Positions 57,434-64,000 of a DNA stretch of 64,000 nucleotides are shown here, piece after piece (position 1 is the first letter of the stretch; each line of letters begins with the position of its first letter). A program made the translations under genes and the position numbers. The notes under the pieces are model-generated. The model was given only the letters and a program-made list of their open reading frames with translations. It was not told the DNA's origin and made no database searches. Location: assembly GCA_963676395.1 (NCBI GenBank), contig OY781066.1, positions 384,001 through 448,000 on the forward strand, given 5' to 3'. The DNA comes from a bacterium. GTDB lineage: Bacteria > Fidelibacterota > Fidelibacteria > Fidelibacterales > Fidelibacteraceae.

Positions 57434-59281
57434 TTAAGATTCCCGTTTACGATTCGACAACAAGATCACATCACGTAGTTCTTCGATATTTCTTGCCTTC
57501 ATCCAACGCTCACTGAAATCACTTTCTTGAACAAGATTAGCAATTGCCATAAGTGCACGTAGATGATAGGAACGCTCATCAAGGGTTCCAACAAGTACGA
57601 ACATTGTATGTACCGGTTCATTAACATTCGGAAATTTTATACCTTCTATGCAGCGTACAGGTATTATATGGAAACATTTTTCACCCGGTATCACGATATG
57701 TGGTATGGCAAGTCCGGGCTTTAATACCGTACTAGATTGTTCTTCTCTATCTTTAAAACCTTTGATCAGTAAACTTTTATCGACCTTACATTGTTTTTCA
57801 AATTTCTCTGAGATATCTTCAAGAAGCTCTTCAATCTCAATTTCTTCCATGACATCAACAATATCGCATTGTTTGATCAATTTATCAAAACGATCCTCCA
57901 CGATCTCATCACGAGTAATTACGATCTGCCGCAATTCATTTTCAAGTGTACTACTTTCCAATTCTTTAGCAGAAATACGTTTAATGATATGCATCAATGC
58001 TGATGTTCTTTTGATTCGTTTTCTTGCATAAATAAAATAAATTAAAATACCAAGACTCAAAAAAGTACTTGAAATCAAAATTGGTATTATTCCCATATTG
58101 AACAATAAATACAAATATGATAAAATTGCAAAAATCGGCATAAAGGGATACAAGGGTACTTTAAATTTTGGACGATAATTCTGAATACGACTTTCACGCA
58201 TAACGATCACTGAAACATTATTCATCATAAACAAAATGATCATAAGAGATGACGCTGTTTTAACCAAATTTTCGATATTAAGAAAAACAATTACAATTAT
58301 CATAAAGGCACAAGTAAACAATATTGAGATGATAGGTGTGTTCGTTTTCTTATTAATTTTAGACATAAATTCGGGAAGTAATTGATCCCGACTCATTGCC
58401 ATAGGAGTCCTAGAAGCCGACATAATACCCGCATTGGCAGTAGTAATAAAAGCTGTCATAGCCGCTATACTTAAAATGATCATTCCCGGTTTCCCCATTA
58501 AATGACCTGCTCCAATAGATAAAGGTATAGTAGAGTTGCGCAGTTCTTCTGCTGGTACAATACCTATTGTAACACCAACTACAAGTAAATATAAAAGAGT
58601 TACAACAGAGAAGGATAGTAACATACCAAGAGGAATGTTTCTGCCTGAATTATCAACTTCTTCAGCAATACTGGCAACTTTTGTCAGTCCTCCAAAAGAA
58701 ACAAATACTAATCCTGCCGTAGCTATAATCGATGAAAAATCACCCGGCATAAAGGGTCTGTAATAATCAGGATGTGTGGAAATAAATCCTCGACCTACAT
58801 ATAAGATTAATATGGTCAATAAAATAAATACCAGAATGATCTGAATTTTTCCGGCCATTTTAACACTTAGAATATTTGTTACAGCAAAAAGCAAACATAC
58901 AAAGACTGCAATAGTTTTGATTTGAACGATAGAGATATCTGGGAAAATCAATACAGCAAACGCTCCCATTCCAATTAAAGCAAAGGCCGACTTAAAACTC
59001 AATGAAAACCAATTGGCAAAACCACCAAATATTCCAAGCCAGGGGCCCATAGCCCTATCAATAAAAAAGTATACACCCCCCGCTTTGGGCATTGCTGTAG
59101 CTAATTCGGATTTTGCAAGCATAGATGGTATAATAAGAATGGCAGCCAATAAATATGCCAAAATCATCGCAGGACCTGATTTTGCGTAGGCAAATCCGGG
59201 TAATACAAAGATCCCCGAAGAAATCATAGCGCCTGCTGAAATGGAAAACACATCTAAAAGGTTTAATTGTCGTTTTTTCAT
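57434..59281 (-). CDS. APC-family amino acid permease fused to a PTS EIIA-like domain
   Basis: GAMISSGIFVLPG, ELATAMPKAGG, ~12 TMs, C-terminal RE...ST....GLAIPH. Confidence 0.88.
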   Translation of the reverse strand: MKKRQLNLLDVFSISAGAMISSGIFVLPGFAYAKSGPAMILAYLLAAILIIPSMLAKSELATAMPKAGGVYFFIDRAMGPWLGIFGGFANWFSLSFKSAFALIGMGAFAVLIFPDISIVQIKTIAVFVCLLFAVTNILSVKMAGKIQIILVFILLTILILYVGRGFISTHPDYYRPFMPGDFSSIIATAGLVFVSFGGLTKVASIAEEVDNSGRNIPLGMLLSFSVVTLLYLLVVGVTIGIVPAEELRNSTIPLSIGAGHLMGKPGMIILSIAAMTAFITTANAGIMSASRTPMAMSRDQLLPEFMSKINKKTNTPIISILFTCAFMIIVIVFLNIENLVKTASSLMIILFMMNNVSVIVMRESRIQNYRPKFKVPLYPFMPIFAILSYLYLLFNMGIIPILISSTFLSLGILIYFIYARKRIKRTSALMHIIKRISAKELESSTLENELRQIVITRDEIVEDRFDKLIKQCDIVDVMEEIEIEELLEDISEKFEKQCKVDKSLLIKGFKDREEQSSTVLKPGLAIPHIVIPGEKCFHIIPVRCIEGIKFPNVNEPVHTMFVLVGTLDERSYHLRALMAIANLVQESDFSERWMKARNIEELRDVILLSNRKRES

Positions 59282-59340
59282 TATACACCCAATGTTAACC
59301 CAATGGCCAGATCACATATATCTGTTATAAGCTATATTTG

Positions 59341-59760
59341 TTATTTTTTCTTAGAAAATTTATTTTCGAGCTCATCAATAGATGCTTGAACTTCATTCAA
59401 TTGACGAGATACATTATTTAAACGAAATTCAATTGAATTAAGTATCCAAAATTGAAAGTGATCTACTTTTGCTTGGCGATTAATCATCCAGATAATTTTT
59501 ATAGAAACAAGTAAAACACCGATCTCAATAGAAAACAAAGGTGGTAAAGGGATACCCTCCCAATGCAAGAAATGTCGTGCCAGATCAAATGCAAGCAACA
59601 AAACAATAAGTACTATAAATACCCAATTAACGATTTTATCTCGTTCAACATCGGATGACGAGCCAATCTGTCCCATTAATTGTTTAATTCGTTCGCGTTC
59701 ATCCTGATAAGCTTTCAGTTGCGTTTTAAGTTCCTCAATGTTCGGGGCTTTATCATTCAT
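59341..59760 (-). CDS. hypothetical membrane protein (coiled coil, two TMs, coiled coil)
   Basis: ORF with RBS-like AAGGA; HFQFWILNSIEFRLN motif; start placed at ATG 59760. Confidence 0.7.
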   Translation of the reverse strand: MNDKAPNIEELKTQLKAYQDERERIKQLMGQIGSSSDVERDKIVNWVFIVLIVLLLAFDLARHFLHWEGIPLPPLFSIEIGVLLVSIKIIWMINRQAKVDHFQFWILNSIEFRLNNVSRQLNEVQASIDELENKFSKKK

Positions 59761-59860
59761 CTGTTTTATCCTTGTTTTCAATTAAAGTTAAGGAAAAATC
59801 AGGGTAAGTGGAAATATAATTTTAACCGAATGTATAAGATTTGCCATTATATGAAAAAAA

Positions 59861-59888
59861 GTACCAACACGATATATCGCGTCGGTAC
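59861..59888. repeat. REP-like palindrome (GTAC-headed)
   Basis: GTACCAACACGATATATCGCGTCGGTAC imperfect palindrome; related sequences at 43274-43293 and 43924-43947. Confidence 0.45.
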
Positions 59889-59910
59889 AATTTTATTTTT
59901 TTATATCTTC

Positions 59911-60216
59911 TTATTTCGCTATTGGAATTTGATTTTTGGCTTTTGGTTCAGCCTTCTCTTTCTTCTCAAGAAAATGGTTTCGAATATACAAACCGACATC
60001 TATACCAACCATTAATAGGTTGAGTGCATATAAATAAACCACAAGATCAAAATGGAAATATATTTTATGGAGTATACCTGCGACATATCCAACCTCAACA
60101 ATGAGCATAAATAATAAACTTTTGCCTCTCGTTGAACGTGATTTCCATGACCTTACAATAGAAAACGGCCATGCTGCTCCAAAACAAATGAGCATAATGA
60201 TTTCAAAATGACTCAT
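59911..60216 (-). CDS. small three-TM membrane protein (PQ-loop/SemiSWEET-like)
   Basis: FEIIMLICFGAAWP.SI..S.KSRST.GKS; three hydrophobic helices. Confidence 0.65.
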   Translation of the reverse strand: MSHFEIIMLICFGAAWPFSIVRSWKSRSTRGKSLLFMLIVEVGYVAGILHKIYFHFDLVVYLYALNLLMVGIDVGLYIRNHFLEKKEKAEPKAKNQIPIAK

Positions 60217-60225
60217 AATATTCCT

Positions 60226-61488
60226 TTATGATTTAGGTTTTCCCAATAATTCAAACATGTTCTTCTTATAAGCCTCAACACCGGGTTGATCAAATGGATT
60301 TACATCCAGCATATATCCTGACACAGCTACGCCAACTTCAAACAAAACACAAAGCGCTGCCAGATGTTCTTCATCCAAATAATCTAAATGTATAACCATT
60401 GTTGGCACACCACCATCCATATGTGCATATTTTGTACCTTTATATGCTTTTTGATTAATATCACTTAATGTTTTTCCTGCAAGATAATTCAATTTATCCA
60501 GGTCAGAATCATCAGTAGGGATCACAACATCTTTATTATAATGGTCAATAACCATAAAAGTCTCAAAAATATTCCTGACTCCATCCTGTATCCATTGTCC
60601 CATACTATGAAGATCTGTAGTAAAATCTACAGATGCCGGAAAAATACCTTTTCCATCTTTGCCTTCACTTTCACCATACAACTGTTTCCACCATTCAGAA
60701 ATAAAATGCAAACGGGGTTCCATAGAGGCAAGGATCTCAATTCCTTTACCGTTACGATAGCAAAGATTTCGGCTTGTAACATAATTCAAGACGGGATTAT
60801 CAATATTCACATCATAGGCAAGCTTAAATCCCTTTACTGCTCCGCGAATAATCTGGTCCATATCTGCCCCGGCAACAAGAATGGGTAATAAACCAACCGG
60901 TGTTAACACTGAAAACCTACCACCTACATTTGATGGAATAACAAAAGAACGATATCCTTTTTGTCGAGTTAACTCACGCAAAGCACCTTTTTTCTCATCG
61001 GTTGTTGCAATAATTCTTTTTGAAACCTCATTACCGTATTTTTTCTCAGCCAAATCACGTAAAACCCTTAATGCGATACCCGGTTCGGTAGTTGTACCTG
61101 ATTTAGAGATCACATTGATATAAAAATCTCTTTCTTGTAGTTCTTCGATCAGATCACTGAGTTCAAGAGGTGATAAATGATGACCAATAAAACGTACATT
61201 ATGCTTTTCACCGTACAAGGCATAAATGAAGGCTTTCGAACCAAGATATGAACCACCAATACCAACACAAATTAACAAATCACCTGATTCTCTGATCTCA
61301 TTGGCAACATTTTTTAATTCTTCTAGATGGGTCGTATCCTGTTTGGGCAGATCCAACCACCCTAAAAATTCATTACCTTTCCCTTTTCTGCTTTGTAAAA
61401 GTTCCAAAGCATCTTCTGCCTCTTTTCGTACGGCATCATAACTATTATTATATTGTTCGCGTATATACTTATCTACGATCGTGATCAT
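60226..61488 (-). CDS. pgi: glucose-6-phosphate isomerase
   Basis: GIGGSYLG, ISKSGTTTEP, VGGRFSVLT, QLYGESEGK, DLHSMGQ, PFDQPGVEAYK. Confidence 0.97.
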   Translation of the reverse strand: MITIVDKYIREQYNNSYDAVRKEAEDALELLQSRKGKGNEFLGWLDLPKQDTTHLEELKNVANEIRESGDLLICVGIGGSYLGSKAFIYALYGEKHNVRFIGHHLSPLELSDLIEELQERDFYINVISKSGTTTEPGIALRVLRDLAEKKYGNEVSKRIIATTDEKKGALRELTRQKGYRSFVIPSNVGGRFSVLTPVGLLPILVAGADMDQIIRGAVKGFKLAYDVNIDNPVLNYVTSRNLCYRNGKGIEILASMEPRLHFISEWWKQLYGESEGKDGKGIFPASVDFTTDLHSMGQWIQDGVRNIFETFMVIDHYNKDVVIPTDDSDLDKLNYLAGKTLSDINQKAYKGTKYAHMDGGVPTMVIHLDYLDEEHLAALCVLFEVGVAVSGYMLDVNPFDQPGVEAYKKNMFELLGKPKS

Positions 61489-61491
61489 GTA

Positions 61492-62706
61492 TTACTCCCT
61501 TACTTTTTTTAGGATGCCTAATACTTCATCAATGTCGGCTGCCTTATGATCCGCGTTTATCTGAAACCGAATCTCTTCTTCGCCTTTTGGCACCACGGGA
61601 AAATTTAGTCCGGTAGCTAATACACCATTCCCCTGTAAAAAGCCAACAATTTCTGCTGTTTTTTGTGTATCTCGCACCATCAAAGGCACCACGGGATGTT
61701 CACCTTGAATTGTTTCCAATCCAAGATCCAACAGTCCGTTTCTGAACTTATCAGTCATACTTTTTAAATGTGCTAATATGCCTCTACCTTCATTGCTGTT
61801 ACAGATATCTATGCTTTTCTTTGCAGCTGCAGCTTCGGAAACTGTAATTGGATTTGAATAAATATAAGTTGGAGCGGATTCTCTTAAAAATGCTATCAGC
61901 TCAGAAGAACCTGTAACATATCCTCCATTCACTCCAAAGGCTTTACCCAGTGTGCCGATCAAGATATCAACTTTTGTTGAACATAATTCCTCTGTACCTC
62001 GGCCACTCTTCCCACAGGCACCCACGCCATGTGAATCGTCAACAAGCAGCGAAACACCTTCTTCGAAAACTTCATCTGCTTTTTTACAAAGATCCTGAAT
62101 CTTGTCTAGAGGTGCATGATCACCGCGCATGGAAAAAATTCCATCTGTGATCACAATAACTCGTTTACCTTTACCCTTAGCTTCTTCAAGCTTACGTTTG
62201 AGGTCTTGCGTATCATTATGCTTATAAATCATTTTAGCTATAGGACGAGACATACGCATGGCATTGATAATACAATTATGATTCAATTCATCTGAGATTA
62301 CGACAGTCTCTTTCGTTGTTAGTGATGAAATAACTCCCAAACTGGTCATATATGCCGATGAAAAGATCATCGCAGCTTCTCGCTCATGAAAATCAGCTAA
62401 AGTCTTTTCCAGATCTGTATGCACATCATATGAACCGGAAATAAAACGAACAGCACCCGGCCCTACACCAAAAGATTTAGTAGCATCTTCTTCAGCCTTT
62501 ATAACTTCGGGATGCATACTGAGCCCCAAATATGAGTTTGAGTTCATCTTAATATGCAAAAGATCTGAACCTTTAAGTCGATATCGGGGACCTCTATCGG
62601 AAGTTGCGGGTATGATCTCTGAAATAACGTGCTCTTTTCCTTTGGCTTTACCACTTGCAATAAGATCTTTGGTATATGTTTTTAAAGCTAGGTTGAGTTT
62701 ATTCAT
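61492..62706 (-). CDS. kbl: glycine C-acetyltransferase (2-amino-3-ketobutyrate CoA ligase)
   Basis: NSYLGL, AVRFISG, DELNHNCII, TDGIFSMRG, VDDSHG, GTLGKAFG; adjacent to tdh. Confidence 0.85.
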   Translation of the reverse strand: MNKLNLALKTYTKDLIASGKAKGKEHVISEIIPATSDRGPRYRLKGSDLLHIKMNSNSYLGLSMHPEVIKAEEDATKSFGVGPGAVRFISGSYDVHTDLEKTLADFHEREAAMIFSSAYMTSLGVISSLTTKETVVISDELNHNCIINAMRMSRPIAKMIYKHNDTQDLKRKLEEAKGKGKRVIVITDGIFSMRGDHAPLDKIQDLCKKADEVFEEGVSLLVDDSHGVGACGKSGRGTEELCSTKVDILIGTLGKAFGVNGGYVTGSSELIAFLRESAPTYIYSNPITVSEAAAAKKSIDICNSNEGRGILAHLKSMTDKFRNGLLDLGLETIQGEHPVVPLMVRDTQKTAEIVGFLQGNGVLATGLNFPVVPKGEEEIRFQINADHKAADIDEVLGILKKVRE

Positions 62707-63668
62707 TCTATTCCCTTTTCTGCAAAACGCTTTGTAAGCACATCGATCATGTCCTTGCTCATGCTATCCAGATCATAATCGGGTTTCCATCCCCAATCTT
62801 CCCTGGCAGCTGTGTCATCCATCGTATTTGGCCAAGTATCAGCAATACCCTGTCTCACGGGATCCACCTTATAATCAATCTCAAAATCAGGGATAAATTT
62901 TCTTATGGATTCAGCTTGTACTTTTGGAGAAAAACTCATAGAAGCAATATTATATGAATTATGATGTTTAAGTTTATCATGATCAGCTTCCATCAAAGTA
63001 GCTGCCGCCTTTAATGCATCCGGCATATACATCATATCTAAATAGGTATCCTCTTGTAGGTAACAGGTGTATTTTCCACCTTTAACTGCTTTATGATAGA
63101 TATCAACGGCATAATCGGTCGTTCCTCCACCGGGAGGGACGAGATTAGAAATAATGCCCGGGAAACGAACTCCACGAACATCGATATTATATTTATCATG
63201 ATAATAGTCACATAAGAGCTCACCGGCAACCTTCGTAACACCATAAATACTATTAGGTCGTTGTATGGTTAACTGAGGAGTTAAATCTTTTGGTGTTGTT
63301 CTACCAAAGGCACCAATTGAAGATGGAACAAACATTCTAAATTTTAATTCATTGGCTACACGAAGGACAGAATTCAAGGTACCCATATTAATATCCCAAG
63401 CCATTTCGGGATTTTTTTCACTTACAGCCGAAAGCATCGCTGCCAAAAAATAAACTTGCTTAACTTTCTCTTTTTGAATAACCTGATACACCTGACGACT
63501 GTCCATAGCATCCATACGGATAAAAGGTCCACTTTCCATAAGATCATCATGCAAAGTGGCACGAATATCAGATGCAATTACATTTTTTTCTCCGTATTGT
63601 TCACGCAAATATGTAGTCAATTCTGTGCCAATTTGCCCACCGGCACCAATCAGTAAGATTTTATCCAT
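62703..63668 (-). CDS. tdh: L-threonine 3-dehydrogenase (SDR/epimerase type)
   Basis: GAGGQIG, AAMLSA, PSSIGAFG, YGVTK, PGGGTTDYAV, MMYMPDA; next to kbl. Confidence 0.85.
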   Translation of the reverse strand: MDKILLIGAGGQIGTELTTYLREQYGEKNVIASDIRATLHDDLMESGPFIRMDAMDSRQVYQVIQKEKVKQVYFLAAMLSAVSEKNPEMAWDINMGTLNSVLRVANELKFRMFVPSSIGAFGRTTPKDLTPQLTIQRPNSIYGVTKVAGELLCDYYHDKYNIDVRGVRFPGIISNLVPPGGGTTDYAVDIYHKAVKGGKYTCYLQEDTYLDMMYMPDALKAAATLMEADHDKLKHHNSYNIASMSFSPKVQAESIRKFIPDFEIDYKVDPVRQGIADTWPNTMDDTAAREDWGWKPDYDLDSMSKDMIDVLTKRFAEKGIE

Positions 63669-64000
63669 AGCTACTTCCCTCCAACAGGTTCACATAAGGA
63701 TTAAATTTCTTTTCTTCTCCAATACTTGTTGCATCCATATGGCCCGGATACACCTTCGTCTCATCGGGAAGTTTGAATAATATTTTTTTAATTGAATTCA
63801 GTAATTGAGATTGATCACCACCCGGTAAATCTGTTCGCCCTATCGAACGATGAAATAAAGTATCTCCACTAAACAGAATATTATCAATTAAATAACATAC
63901 TCCTCCAAGTGTGTGTCCAGGAGTATGTAATATCTGCACAGTGAAATCTCCAAGAGATATATCATTCTTGCTTAAAATATCAATGTTAATTATTGGTGTA
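63661..64000 (-). CDS. MBL-fold metallo-hydrolase (partial; 5' end beyond the window)
   Basis: HTPGHT.G, LFSGDTLF..SIGRTDLPGG, VYPGH, EKKFNP. Confidence 0.9.
   Translation of the reverse strand, partial: TPIINIDILSKNDISLGDFTVQILHTPGHTLGGVCYLIDNILFSGDTLFHRSIGRTDLPGGDQSQLLNSIKKILFKLPDETKVYPGHMDATSIGEEKKFNPYVNLLEGSSYG

Noticed and set aside
790..63780. Numerous 60-180 aa ORFs antisense to or nested in well-supported genes (e.g. 34689-35222, 30921-31400, 55546-56025, 49680-50090)
   Set aside because: Shadow ORFs with no recognisable motifs that overlap conserved genes
1..64000. tRNA, rRNA, IS elements, retrons or reverse transcriptases
   Set aside because: No recognisable signatures found by inspection of the intergenic regions or the ORF track

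Overview
AT-rich bacterial chromosome segment, most likely FCB superphylum and possibly Ca. Marinimicrobia-like. This is inferred from T9SS-type 'YPNPFNP' C-terminal domains combined with Shine-Dalgarno sites and TTGACA/TATAAT-type promoters. Left to right: (1) a minus-strand shikimate/aromatic amino-acid operon (aroB partial, aroK, aroC, aroE, aroA, a TyrA-PheA fusion, two tandem DAHP synthases) plus tsaD and a YbbR-like gene; (2) a complete type II-C CRISPR-Cas locus between ybbR-like and rpsA, with 32 spacers, a 36-nt repeat, leader promoter, cas2, cas1, a 1505-aa cas9 and a compact tracrRNA; (3) rpsA, cmk and envelope/housekeeping genes; (4) a fatty-acid synthesis cluster and plsX; (5) rnr, gatA, yigZ; (6) a ~5-kb island with a phage-like CI/Cro divergent switch driving a secreted Ig-repeat protein and two lipoproteins; (7) aspS, a radical SAM gene, nifU/nifS-like genes, upp, a permease-EIIA fusion, pgi, kbl, tdh. 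Most notable: a ~290-aa insertion of five ~55-aa repeats inside the Cas9 RuvC-III segment; a CI-like repressor that has lost its autocleavage site and both catalytic residues, beside three operator-like palindromes over a near-consensus promoter, with no phage genes nearby; and two unannotated candidate small RNAs with their own promoters. All calls come from motif recognition only; no database searches were run.
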